From positions 549,836 to 613,835 of the forward strand of contig JAQWJE010000049.1 in assembly GCA_029248525.1 (NCBI GenBank): a stretch of 64,000 bases of DNA, written 5' to 3'. The DNA is from Candidatus Binatia bacterium (GTDB taxonomy: Bacteria > Desulfobacterota > Binatia > UBA12015). Below are positions 55,000 to 64,000 of this stretch, piece after piece (the first letter of the stretch is position 1; every line of letters starts with the position of its first letter). The notes under the pieces were generated by a model, which worked only from the letters and a program-made list of their open reading frames with translations, was not told the DNA's origin and ran no database searches. The translations under genes were made by a program, and so were the position numbers.

Positions 55000-55929
55000 A
55001 TGGGATTTCCCGAGTGGTTTCAAGAACTGGCAAAGAAGGTTTCCAACAAGGGCCGATGGGGTGATGCGGACGAACTCGGGACATTGAATTTGATTACCCC
55101 CGAAGCAACCTTGCGGGGGGTGGCCACCGTCAAGCGAGGTGAGTCTTTTTCTCTGGCGATTCCGCTGGACCGTGAAGGCCCGCAAACGGGACGAATCCCC
55201 AACCGAATCAACCCCCTGCATACGATGACCGGGATCAATACGCCGTTTACCGGGGACCCCGACAAGACATGTCTTTCGGACGATGTGATTTCGATGGGGA
55301 CGCAGGCTGCCACGCATTGGGATGCTCTTGCCCACGCGAGTTACGCTGGCACGATGTACAACGATCATCCTTCTGCGATGATTCGCGCGGAAACCGGAGC
55401 CATGGTTTGCGGTATCGAAAAGGTGAAGACTCTGGTGACGCGAGGCGTCCTGTTGGACCTTGCGCGCTTCAAGGGACGGGAAAGACTCGAGCCGGGCTTG
55501 GTCATTACCCCGGAGCTTCTCGAAGATTGTCTGCAGTCGACCGGTCTCACTCTGGAACCTGGCGATGTGTTGCTCGTACGAACCGGGCATATCACCAATT
55601 TGGCGATCGGCGATCGCGATGCCTACCGTGTCCCGGCCCCCGGCTTCGGGGTTCAATCGACACTCTGGTTCAAGGAGAAAAATCTCGCTGCGGTGGCGAA
55701 TGATACGATTGCTTTCGAGGTCTGGCCGGGAGAGGACCCCGCGACGCTCTTCCCGGTCCATATGCTGAATCTGGTCGACGCGGGGCTGACGCAGGGCCAA
55801 AACTGGCAACTGGAGCAACTTGCCGAGGATTGCGCGAGCGATGGGGTGTATGAGTTTTTGCTGAGCGCCACGCCCGAGCCGATCGTGGGTGGCACCGGTG
55901 CACCGGTGAATCCGGTCGCGACAAAATAA
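55000..55929 (+). CDS. Cyclase-family protein (kynurenine-formamidase-like)
   Basis: pfam04199-like fold; the HWDALAHASY motif matches the HxGTHxDxPxH-type metal site. Confidence 0.75.
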   Translation: MGFPEWFQELAKKVSNKGRWGDADELGTLNLITPEATLRGVATVKRGESFSLAIPLDREGPQTGRIPNRINPLHTMTGINTPFTGDPDKTCLSDDVISMGTQAATHWDALAHASYAGTMYNDHPSAMIRAETGAMVCGIEKVKTLVTRGVLLDLARFKGRERLEPGLVITPELLEDCLQSTGLTLEPGDVLLVRTGHITNLAIGDRDAYRVPAPGFGVQSTLWFKEKNLAAVANDTIAFEVWPGEDPATLFPVHMLNLVDAGLTQGQNWQLEQLAEDCASDGVYEFLLSATPEPIVGGTGAPVNPVATK

Positions 55930-55944
55930 GCATCGAGCATTCGG

Positions 55945-57108
55945 TTGGATCTGACCTATACGGCAGCGGAGGAGGTCTTTCGCGGCCAGCTTCGTGAATT
56001 CCTCGCCCGGAATGTTCCGGGGGAGGAGCCGCCGGATGATCCGGATGCGGAGTTTGGCTGGCTGCGGTTGTTCCAGAGGCGAATGTTCGCCGGTGGGTGG
56101 TGCGGCATTCATTGGCCCAAGGCTTTTGGTGGGCGCGATGCCACCCCGACAGAGCAGGCAATTTTTGTCGAGGAGATGGCGCGCGCGCGTGCCCCGCAGC
56201 TGGTGAACCGGGTTGGCATCAATAATGTCGGCCCGACGATCATGCACTACGGAACGGAGGCTCAAAGGCAGCGTTGGCTTCCCGGAATTCTGTCCGCAGA
56301 TGAGATTTGGTGCCAGTTGTACTCGGAACCGGATGCGGGATCGGATCTGGCGTCACTGCGCACTGCAGCGATCGCAGATGGGGATGGATGGCGTGTTTCG
56401 GGTCAGAAAGTTTGGACGTCATATGCGCAGCATGCGCAATGGGGGATACTTCTGGCGCGCACCGACGCCGCAGCACCGCCTCATCGGGGAATTTCTTACT
56501 TCGTTGTGGAGATGAATCAGCCCGGGGTTGAGGTCCGTCCCCTCCGCCAACTCGATGGAAGTGTCGATTTCAATGAGGTTTTTCTCGAAGATGTCCGGAT
56601 ACCGTCGGATCATTTGATTGGGAACCGTGATGAGGGTTGGAAAATTTCCACCCTGACTCTGGCACATGAGCGCGGGACGAATTTCGCTTTCAAGGAGCAG
56701 GCTTTGGCGAAGATTGCGCTTCAGGAAATCCTCGAGGAAGCAGGCCGGCGGGGCCGACTGGCTGACCCCGTGTTCCGGCAGGCGGCGGCGCGACTTCATA
56801 CGGAAGTCGAAATCATGCGACTGCTGAATTTGGGGACTCTGACCAGAATCGGACGCGGGGAGGTCCCGGGCGCGGAAACTTCGATCGTCAAGGAGCATTG
56901 GTCACGTCTGGTGCAAGACCTCGGTGATCTCTCCCTGCAAGTGCTCGGTGCTGCGGGCCAATTGCGGCAGACCACCGACCATTCACCTGGGGGTGGGAGA
57001 TTCGTGCAGCGTATGCTTTTCTCCCGCGCGGCATCAATTGCCGGTGGAACAAGCGAGATTCAGAAGAATATCATAGCGCAGCGGCTGCTGGGATTGCCGC
57101 GCACCTGA
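55945..57108 (+). CDS. Acyl-CoA dehydrogenase family protein
   Basis: 387 aa with ACAD N/M/C domains (WCQLYSEPDAGSDLASLRT...; C-terminal GGTSEIQKNIIAQRLLGLPR). Confidence 0.85.
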   Translation: MDLTYTAAEEVFRGQLREFLARNVPGEEPPDDPDAEFGWLRLFQRRMFAGGWCGIHWPKAFGGRDATPTEQAIFVEEMARARAPQLVNRVGINNVGPTIMHYGTEAQRQRWLPGILSADEIWCQLYSEPDAGSDLASLRTAAIADGDGWRVSGQKVWTSYAQHAQWGILLARTDAAAPPHRGISYFVVEMNQPGVEVRPLRQLDGSVDFNEVFLEDVRIPSDHLIGNRDEGWKISTLTLAHERGTNFAFKEQALAKIALQEILEEAGRRGRLADPVFRQAAARLHTEVEIMRLLNLGTLTRIGRGEVPGAETSIVKEHWSRLVQDLGDLSLQVLGAAGQLRQTTDHSPGGGRFVQRMLFSRAASIAGGTSEIQKNIIAQRLLGLPRT

Positions 57109-57121
57109 GGAGAACCACGAG

Positions 57122-58171
57122 ATGGCACACGATCTGGGCAAAGGTTGGCTGGGGAACTTTTTTGAGGACTTCGAGCTGGGAAAAGAGCAGGTCTGTGCGC
57201 CACCGCGCGTCATCGGGGCGCCGGAGACCGCCCTTCATATCGGCACGACCAACGATCGGCAGGCTCGCTTCTGCGGCGGCGAAGGACGGATGCATCCATT
57301 GGTTGTCTTCCATACTGTCATCGGCCAGACGGTCCGAAATATTTCGCTGAACTCTCCGGCCAACCTCGGCTATTCGAAGATGATCTGGCATGCACCGGTT
57401 TTCGCGGGCGATGAAATCACCACAACGATCAAGATCGTCGGGCTCAAGGAGAATTCCAACGGCAAGACGGGAAATTGTTTTGTCGAGACGACGGGCCGGA
57501 ACCAGTCCGGCGAAATAGTTCTGCAATATACGCGATGGGTAATGGTCCGAAAGCGCGACCACGATACCGCAACGCCTTATCTGGAGAACCCGGTAACGCC
57601 GAGTCTCGCAAGTCAGGTCGAAGTAGCCGAATTGCCCGCCTGGTCCGGCGACCTCAGCCGCTCCGAGAAGACCGGCGGGGCTTATTTCTTCGAAGACTAT
57701 GAGCCTGGCGAACGAATCTTTCACCACGACGGCATGACGGTGAATCATACCGACCATATGCAGTATACGCGCCTGTGGCAGAACTCGGCCAAGGTTCATT
57801 TCGACGAAATTTTGACCGATGGAAAGCCATTGGTGTACGGAGGTTTCCCGTTTTCGATCGCATACGCCCAGAGTCTGAACGGCCTGGAGAATCGCTCGGG
57901 GATGGTGGCCATGAACTCCGGAGCCCACGCGAACCCTTGCTATAGCGGTACAACGATCTATTCCTTCACGGAAGTGCTCGAAGCGCATGATCTCGTAGAC
58001 CAACCTTATGGTGCCTTGCGCTTACGTTTGGTCGGGGTGAAGGATTTGAATCCTGCGGATCACAAGGACTTCGATATCGGGGAAGATAACGGCAAGGGTC
58101 GGATCAAATATGACCCTCGAGTTCTTTTGTGCATGGATATCTGGGAGTTGATGCCAAAACGAGCGAGCTGA
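57122..58171 (+). CDS. MaoC-like (R)-hydratase / double hot-dog fold protein
   Basis: 349 aa with an N-terminal hot-dog fold (MIWHAPVFAGDEITTTIKIVGLKENSNGKTGNCFVETTG) and a second hot-dog-like half. Confidence 0.65.
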   Translation: MAHDLGKGWLGNFFEDFELGKEQVCAPPRVIGAPETALHIGTTNDRQARFCGGEGRMHPLVVFHTVIGQTVRNISLNSPANLGYSKMIWHAPVFAGDEITTTIKIVGLKENSNGKTGNCFVETTGRNQSGEIVLQYTRWVMVRKRDHDTATPYLENPVTPSLASQVEVAELPAWSGDLSRSEKTGGAYFFEDYEPGERIFHHDGMTVNHTDHMQYTRLWQNSAKVHFDEILTDGKPLVYGGFPFSIAYAQSLNGLENRSGMVAMNSGAHANPCYSGTTIYSFTEVLEAHDLVDQPYGALRLRLVGVKDLNPADHKDFDIGEDNGKGRIKYDPRVLLCMDIWELMPKRAS

Positions 58172-58208
58172 TCCGAACTCGGTAGGGGTTGCGCTTGCCG
58201 AGGCCGGA

Positions 58209-58709
58209 TCAAGGATTGGATGACTCCAGTCGCAGAAGCCCTGCGAGAGGTTCAATGCCGACGATGCGCCATCGCCCACCAGGGCCCGGTGCCAACGTGA
58301 GGTCAACTGGCAGGCCTTTTGGCGTCAAAGTGAGCCGGGCAAATGGCCCATCGCGTCTCATCCCCCACCAGGCATGAGCAAATTCGCTCGGGGTAATCGA
58401 GGCTGGCTCGACAGGATCGTCGAAGATTGTCCGTATGCGGCCGCCCTCGAGCAGGGTCAGGGCGATGGCGCCAATGCCGAAACCTTCGCTGGTCTGCAGA
58501 TCGCCCCGGGCGATTTCGTTCAGGCCCCGCTGAGCGACGGCTGTAAAATCGATCAATCTCGAGATTTCGGTCGTATTGCGAGTATCGATGGCCTGGGTCA
58601 GCCGAACCAATGTCCAGGTCGGGGTCAGTGGCAGGGCTGCGGCGCCAAGGCCCAGCAGAACTGAAAGAAGGACGCCGCAAGCGGTGCCGAGCCAAAAACC
58701 GCGCTTCAT
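58209..58709 (-). CDS. Hypothetical exported protein (DUF2939-like?)
   Basis: 166 aa; signal peptide MKRGFWLGTACGVLLSVLLGLGAAA; no catalytic motif recognised. Confidence 0.35.
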   Translation of the reverse strand: MKRGFWLGTACGVLLSVLLGLGAAALPLTPTWTLVRLTQAIDTRNTTEISRLIDFTAVAQRGLNEIARGDLQTSEGFGIGAIALTLLEGGRIRTIFDDPVEPASITPSEFAHAWWGMRRDGPFARLTLTPKGLPVDLTLAPGPGGRWRIVGIEPLAGLLRLESSNP

Positions 58710-58766
58710 GGGACGAACTATTCAGGATTCGAGGTCCTTCGTCCAACTCTCCATCCGGTTTTCCGG

Positions 58767-59702
58767 ATGGAGAGAGTTGGAACCATCGAGGCAAAGCGAT
58801 TGCGCAAGGGCGGTGGTCTTCTCTACGGTGGGGGTGTGCGCATCGATCAGATACTCGCCCGACCAGATCCCGTGTTCTCTTTTGAGTTTTTTCCGCCCAA
58901 GACAGATGCGGGCCGAGAAGCGCTTGTGGGCACGATCGATGAGCTGAAACCGCTCGACCCAGCCTACGTTTCCGTGACCTATGGCGCGATGGGATCCAAC
59001 CGCGGTCAGGTCATCGAGATCGTCAGTGAGATCAAGAACCGGATCGGGATCGAGGCGATGGCTCACCTCACCTGTGTCGGCCATACCCGCGAGGAGCTTT
59101 CATCCGTTCTTGACGATTTGGCGTCTGTGGGGATCGAAAATGTTTTGGCGTTGCGCGGGGATCCCCCACCGGGAACGGACTTTCAGGCCACGCGAGGTGG
59201 CTTTGCACATGCCGCGGATCTGGTGGCATTGATTCGAAAGCGGGGAGGGTTCTGCATTGGCGGCGCGGCTTATCCGGAAGTCCATCCCGACGCCCCGGAC
59301 GCGGAGACGGACCTTGGCCATCTCCGAGCCAAAGTGGGGGCGGGCACTGATTTTTTGGTGAGCCAACTTTTTTTCGACAATCAGGATTACTTTTCTTTCC
59401 TGACACAAGTTCGTCAGGCTGGAATCGAAGTCCCTGTTCTCCCCGGGATTATGCCGGTGACGAACCTCGGCCAGGTGAAACGGTTCACCGATATGTGTGG
59501 CGCGGCTTTGCCGGCAGATTTGCTTCGGGCGCTGGAGGAGGCCGGCGATGACGAGGCTGCCGTTCTGGAGATCGGCGTCGAGCACGCGTTGCAGCAATGC
59601 CGCGATCTACTCAAGGGGGGCGCCCCGGGAGTTCATTTTTATACCTTGAATAAAAGTGCCTCGACACGCGAGATCTTGACGCGATTACGTGCCGACGACT
59701 GA
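58767..59702 (+). CDS. metF: Methylenetetrahydrofolate reductase
   Basis: The SFEFFPPKT start block and a TIM-barrel MetF fold (SVTYGAMGSNRG...HLTCVGHT...LALRGDPP). Confidence 0.85.
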   Translation: MERVGTIEAKRLRKGGGLLYGGGVRIDQILARPDPVFSFEFFPPKTDAGREALVGTIDELKPLDPAYVSVTYGAMGSNRGQVIEIVSEIKNRIGIEAMAHLTCVGHTREELSSVLDDLASVGIENVLALRGDPPPGTDFQATRGGFAHAADLVALIRKRGGFCIGGAAYPEVHPDAPDAETDLGHLRAKVGAGTDFLVSQLFFDNQDYFSFLTQVRQAGIEVPVLPGIMPVTNLGQVKRFTDMCGAALPADLLRALEEAGDDEAAVLEIGVEHALQQCRDLLKGGAPGVHFYTLNKSASTREILTRLRADD

Positions 59703-59708
59703 GGGGCG

Positions 59709-61805
59709 CTATTCGATGTGGTAAATCCCGTTAGCGTCGAGTCGAGCGGTCTGGCCCCGGTAGATCACCACGGTTGTGAGGCGTTCCTCGATGATCGCCG
59801 GCCCCGCAATCTTTTGCCGGGCCTTCAGACTTTCTCCGTCGTAGATGGGTGTCGAGACCCAACGCCCCTCGAGGAAGGTCCGGCGCTTTTCCTTTGCGCG
59901 GGCGGGTTTTCCGGAACCGGGCAAGCGGGTCAGGCGAGGCTTTTCGCTCCCGGCCCGGGCCTCCACCCCGATCGCCCGAAGGATCGGTCCCTGATCACGC
60001 GATGCGTAAGTATGCAGCTTTTCGTGCAAGGCGTGAAAGTCCTCGACCAGAGATTTGAGAGCGGCTCGGTTGAAGGTACCGTTGCCGCGAAGAGGAACTT
60101 TCAGGTCGAAAGTCTGCCCGGGGTAGCAGATATGAGCCACGCGATCGAAGTCGGCCTTGGCTGTCGAGAAGCCGGCCGATCGAAGGGCAGCCTTGGATTC
60201 GGCCTGCATTTCCCGGAACAATCGTTGTAGTTCGCGGCAATCGGCACGGGCCATCGGGGTGATGCAGGACCGGAGTTCGATGATCTTGGGGTCGGTGAGG
60301 AGAAGACCCAGAGCCGAAAAGGTTGGTGCACTTTTAGGTATCAGGATTTTTCGAATTCCGAGTTCTCGAGCCTGCATACCAGCGTGCAGTGCGCCGTTGC
60401 CTCCGAAAGCCACCAGCGGCAGCTTGCGTGCGTCGACGCCCTGACTCGCCGAGACGCGCTGAATGGCGTTCGCCATATTCGCATTGACGAGACGGAAGAT
60501 CCCGAGAGCGGCTTCTTCGACCGAAGCCAAGCCAAGCGGTTTTCGGATTTGCTCGTCGATGGCCTTGCGTGCACCTTCCACATCCAGAGAGAGTTCGCCC
60601 CCGTAGAAGAAGTCCGGGTTGAGGTAGCCCAAGACCGCATTGGCGTCCGTCACCGTCGGCCGATCGCCCCCGCGGCGATAGCAAATCGGTCCTGGTTCCG
60701 CGCCAGCGCTTTCCGGTCCGACATGCAGAGCTCCTGCGACCACGCTGGCAATCGATCCACCTCCGGCGCCTACCGACTGGACGTCCACCATGGGCAACCC
60801 GATGAGATAGCGATGATGCCAGTTCCACGAAGATTCAACAGCGGGCTGTCCGTCGCGGACCAGACAGACGTCGTAGCTGGTGCCACCCATATCGACCGAG
60901 ATGAAGTCCCGGATATTCGCGGTTGCAGCCATATGGCAGGCGGCGATCACGCCGCCTGCGGGACCGGAGCCAAGCACGCTGACCGCGCGATCGGCGACCC
61001 AGTCGGCTGTCATCAAGCCGCCATTTGATTGGATCATCAACAGTTGGTGGGGAAAGCCCTGTTCGGCCAGTTCCTGCTGCAGGTTCCCGAGGTACCTTCG
61101 TATTACAGGGGATACAAAGGCATTGACGAGGGTGGTGGAGGTCCTCTCGAATTCGGGCGCTTTGGCCAGCACCTCGTGCGAGAGGGAAATGTCGACGCCC
61201 GGCAATTCCTCGCGCGCAATCTCCCGGACCCGGCTTTCGTGGGTTCCATCGAGAAAGGAGAAGAGGAAGACGACGGCGAGCGATTCGACCTCCTGCTTTT
61301 TCATCCGACGCATGGCCCGCCGAACGGCGGTCTCGTCGAGCGCGTCCACGATGGCTCCTTTGTGGTCGAGGCGCTCGGGAACTCCGTAGCGCTCTCGGCG
61401 TCGCGCGATCGGCGTGGGCGGGGGTAGTCCCGGGTCCCAGATGTTTTCCTTGAATCCGCGCCGAAGCTCGATTTCATCACGGTGGCCTTCGCTGGTAATC
61501 AGACCCGTTCGCGCACCATTCATCTGGATCAAGGTATTGTCGGCGGTGGTGGTGCCGTGCACGATACGGTCCGTCTGGCACAGGAGATCGGGCAAGGAGA
61601 TCCCCTCGTGTTCTGCGAGCCGACGGAGTCCTTCCATGACGCCCCGGCTTTGGTCCTGCGGTGTCGTGGCGGTTTTGTCGATGTGAATAGACTGGTCCGG
61701 TCGTACGAGAACCAGATCGGTAAAGGTGCCCCCCACATCCACGCCGATTCGGTAGCCGGCTGCGCCTGCTCGCTTCTTTTTCTGGTTGCTCCGGGGGGTG
61801 CTCAT
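59709..61805 (-). CDS. hyuA: Hydantoinase A / 5-oxoprolinase subunit A family (HyuA)
   Basis: IGVDVGGTFTDLVLV N-terminal ASKHA motif; 698 aa. Confidence 0.85.
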   Translation of the reverse strand: MSTPRSNQKKKRAGAAGYRIGVDVGGTFTDLVLVRPDQSIHIDKTATTPQDQSRGVMEGLRRLAEHEGISLPDLLCQTDRIVHGTTTADNTLIQMNGARTGLITSEGHRDEIELRRGFKENIWDPGLPPPTPIARRRERYGVPERLDHKGAIVDALDETAVRRAMRRMKKQEVESLAVVFLFSFLDGTHESRVREIAREELPGVDISLSHEVLAKAPEFERTSTTLVNAFVSPVIRRYLGNLQQELAEQGFPHQLLMIQSNGGLMTADWVADRAVSVLGSGPAGGVIAACHMAATANIRDFISVDMGGTSYDVCLVRDGQPAVESSWNWHHRYLIGLPMVDVQSVGAGGGSIASVVAGALHVGPESAGAEPGPICYRRGGDRPTVTDANAVLGYLNPDFFYGGELSLDVEGARKAIDEQIRKPLGLASVEEAALGIFRLVNANMANAIQRVSASQGVDARKLPLVAFGGNGALHAGMQARELGIRKILIPKSAPTFSALGLLLTDPKIIELRSCITPMARADCRELQRLFREMQAESKAALRSAGFSTAKADFDRVAHICYPGQTFDLKVPLRGNGTFNRAALKSLVEDFHALHEKLHTYASRDQGPILRAIGVEARAGSEKPRLTRLPGSGKPARAKEKRRTFLEGRWVSTPIYDGESLKARQKIAGPAIIEERLTTVVIYRGQTARLDANGIYHIE

Positions 61806-63712
61806 GCGACACCCGCCTGTTTGGCATGCATGGCTTTGCGTAACTCTGCGGTTTTCGTTCGATCGATTTTCAGCGTGAGATTTTCGAGAGAGCCGCGCAA
61901 GACGACGCCGTAGTCCTTGCGCGCGGCCCGAACCGAGACGTATTCGTCGAGCACATCCTCCAGTACTTTTTCAGGTGGTCGCGCCAGCGGGTCGCCCCAT
62001 CCTCCTCCGCCGCCATAATAATATTCGTAACACTCGCCAGGCTGGTGGGGCACCTGCTCGGACAGGATCCCGACCTCTTGTCCTTCGCCGCGTCGGACGA
62101 CTTTTGTGAGCAGGTGGTTGGCGGCTCCGTCGTGTCCTCCGGCGATTCCCGGCATGGGGTACTTTCGTCCAACGACGTAGGTGTAGACAGTTGCGGGGAC
62201 GAGAACCTGTTTGCGATAAAGGCTGCCGCAGCCGCCACGGAATTCGCCGGGGCCACCGGAATCCGTGAGATAGTCTCGCCAGAGTTGTCGTGAGGGGAAA
62301 ATGGATTCGTTGATTTCGGCCGTCGCGCGGATGAGGTTTCCAAAGCTGACATTCATCGCGCCCCAACCGTCCTGTCCCTCACAGGCCCCGCAGTAGGCTG
62401 CAAATGTATCGACAGAATGGTCGATAAAAGTCTCGCCTGTATCCGGATGTTCTCCGAAGATCACCGTAGGCATCCCCATTTTATAGACCTGCGGGCAGGC
62501 TTTGGCCGGCACGGCTTGCGCCAAAGCTTTCGCGATCGCTTCACCGACCTCGGTTCCCGGATGATGTGTGCCGGCGGCTACGGAACGACCCTCTTTGGGG
62601 TTGAGGCAGCAATCTTCCGGGACGATCAAATCAATGGAATCAAAAAAACCCTCGTTCTTCGGAATATCTGCCGGCATCATGGACGCCAGTTGGGCGACGA
62701 CGTAGCCTCGCGTATTGCCAAAGGTGGAGTAGGCCTGAATTTCCGGCCGGTCATCCGAACCCGTGAAGTCGATCGTGATCGAAGACCCGCGAATCGTGAT
62801 CTTGCAGTGGACGTGAATGTCGGGGTTGCCTTTGGGGTCGTGGTCCACCCACGTATCGGATTCGTAGACGCCATCGGGCCAGCTGGCGACTTCGGCTCGG
62901 AATCTTTTTTTGGCGTAAGCAACCATGGCATCCACGGATTGCCTGACGGTAAAGTTGCCGTAACGTTCGCAAAGCTCCCCGAGGCGACGGGCCCCAATTT
63001 GTGCCGCACCGATTTGAGCGCGAATATCACCGGAAAAAGTCGGCGTCCGATTGTTGGTCTCGAGCATATAGAGGATGTCCTTGCGCTCGACTCCGCGATC
63101 GATGACTTTGATCGCCGGGAATCGGACACCCTCGGCCCAGATGTCGAGGGCATCCACGTTGTAGCCACCAGGCGCGCCGCCTCCGGTGTCCGCATGGTGG
63201 CATTGGATCGAGGCGATCAGAACTAACTCACCCTTGTGGAAGACGGGGGCATAAATGTTGTAGTCAGGGAGATGGCCGCCACCGTGATAGGGATCATTGC
63301 TCAGCAGCACGTCGCCTTCGTGGAGCCCTTCCTCGGCAAAGAAATCGAGCGCGAATTTTACCGGCAGCGTGCTCGAGAGCATGAATTGAGGAATGCCGAC
63401 CGAGAGTGCGGCAAGGCAGCCCCGCGCATCCAGAATTGTCGCATTTCTTTCGTTGGATTGATTGAGAATCGGCGTTGTGGCTGTGAGCGATACGTGGGTG
63501 GCCATTTCGAAGGCGACGGTTTCCATGAACCCCCGAATGATTTGGGTGGTGACAGGGTCCACATCTGCGGTTTTGCCTCGGCGCGTCATGGTTGTCTCTC
63601 CTCGGTATTCAATCGATTGACCGGTTTGAGACTTCCCCTGACCTGTGCAGGTTGTCAACGATGAAGCGACAATCGCTGTTGCGGCGTGGATCGGTTTGGT
63701 GGAGGAGGGCAT
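61802..63712 (-). CDS. hyuB: Hydantoinase B / oxoprolinase family (HyuB)
   Basis: 636 aa; N-terminal DPVTTQIIRGFMETVAFEMATHV... is the Hydantoinase_B pattern. Its stop overlaps the hyuA start. Confidence 0.85.
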   Translation of the reverse strand: MPSSTKPIHAATAIVASSLTTCTGQGKSQTGQSIEYRGETTMTRRGKTADVDPVTTQIIRGFMETVAFEMATHVSLTATTPILNQSNERNATILDARGCLAALSVGIPQFMLSSTLPVKFALDFFAEEGLHEGDVLLSNDPYHGGGHLPDYNIYAPVFHKGELVLIASIQCHHADTGGGAPGGYNVDALDIWAEGVRFPAIKVIDRGVERKDILYMLETNNRTPTFSGDIRAQIGAAQIGARRLGELCERYGNFTVRQSVDAMVAYAKKRFRAEVASWPDGVYESDTWVDHDPKGNPDIHVHCKITIRGSSITIDFTGSDDRPEIQAYSTFGNTRGYVVAQLASMMPADIPKNEGFFDSIDLIVPEDCCLNPKEGRSVAAGTHHPGTEVGEAIAKALAQAVPAKACPQVYKMGMPTVIFGEHPDTGETFIDHSVDTFAAYCGACEGQDGWGAMNVSFGNLIRATAEINESIFPSRQLWRDYLTDSGGPGEFRGGCGSLYRKQVLVPATVYTYVVGRKYPMPGIAGGHDGAANHLLTKVVRRGEGQEVGILSEQVPHQPGECYEYYYGGGGGWGDPLARPPEKVLEDVLDEYVSVRAARKDYGVVLRGSLENLTLKIDRTKTAELRKAMHAKQAGVA

Positions 63713-63715
63713 AGA

Positions 63716-64000
63716 ATGAAGAGATTGACGGGGAAAAATGCGTTGGTGACCGGGGGGGCGCAGGGCATCGGGAAATCGATCGCACTCGCTTTTGCTCGTG
63801 AGGGCGCGTCGGTCGCGGTGGCGGATCTGGTACCCGAGGGCGCGGCAAGTACCGCGGCGGCGCTCGAAGACCTGGGCGGCCGAGGACTCTCTCTTCCGGG
63901 TGATGTCGGACGAGTCGAGGATTGCGAGGCCATGGTCTCTGATACAGTTGAGGCTTTTGGCGGGCTGGATATTGTGGTCAACGCGGCAGCCTGGGCCGAG
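63716..64000 (+). CDS. SDR-family oxidoreductase (partial, 3' end beyond window)
   Basis: MKRLTGKNALVTGGAQGIGKSIA... contains the TGxxxGxG Rossmann motif. Confidence 0.75.
   Translation, partial: MKRLTGKNALVTGGAQGIGKSIALAFAREGASVAVADLVPEGAASTAAALEDLGGRGLSLPGDVGRVEDCEAMVSDTVEAFGGLDIVVNAAAWAE

Noticed and set aside
1-64000. CRISPR arrays, IS elements, integrases, tRNA/rRNA genes, prophage signatures
   Set aside because: No repeat-spacer periodicity, no transposase/integrase-like ORFs and no tRNA-like sequence were seen in the few intergenic gaps (9017-9167, 23856-23968, 30705-30865, 33497-33645, 39600-39928, 51403-51600). The region looks like core chromosome.

Overview
This is a 64 kb high-GC (about 65%) bacterial chromosomal segment, densely coding on both strands. 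Many 4-nt ATGA stop/start overlaps suggest translational coupling. The gene content and an almost Myxococcus-like PilB N-terminus point to a myxobacterium-like deltaproteobacterium (Myxococcota); this is inference only.

Contents from 5' to 3':
- (1) Nickel-pincer cofactor genes larC (partial) and larB, split by an ABC1/UbiB-family kinase.
- (2) Two tandem DUF21-CBS-CorC transporters, then thiL and the grpE-dnaK-dnaJ heat-shock operon.
- (3) recO.
- (4) An exopolysaccharide-type operon on the minus strand: polysaccharide deacetylase, ICMT-family membrane methyltransferase, two GT2 and one GT4 glycosyltransferases.
- (5) Directly upstream of it, a tightly coupled chemosensory operon with no CheR/CheB. 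Its genes are a small unknown, a REC protein with an unknown C-terminal domain, CheW, a two-TM MCP with no periplasmic domain, and a CheA-CheY hybrid. A GAF/coiled-coil/pseudo-receiver protein is transcribed divergently from it.
- (6) Housekeeping genes glyQS, murB, an acyltransferase-3, ppdK (with an unusual lysine/alanine-rich N-terminal tail) and aroE.
- (7) A type IVa pilus locus: pilB, pilT, pilC, a membrane PAS/sigma-54 enhancer-binding protein, a textbook sigma-54 promoter, pilA, pilD and a TPR protein. It carries two separate minor-pilin modules (GspH/I/J/K-like, then FimT-PilV-PilW-PilX-PilY1) that flank an antisense PhyH dioxygenase gene.
- (8) An MBL-fold hydrolase, a dodecin, a TPR protein, an IclR-regulated NTF2/cyclase/acyl-CoA dehydrogenase/MaoC module, metF, hydantoinase B and A, and an SDR (partial).

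No rRNA, tRNA, CRISPR array, transposase or integrase was recognised.

The most interesting unit is the 10.7-51 kb T4P / chemosensory / EPS supercluster and its atypical regulators.
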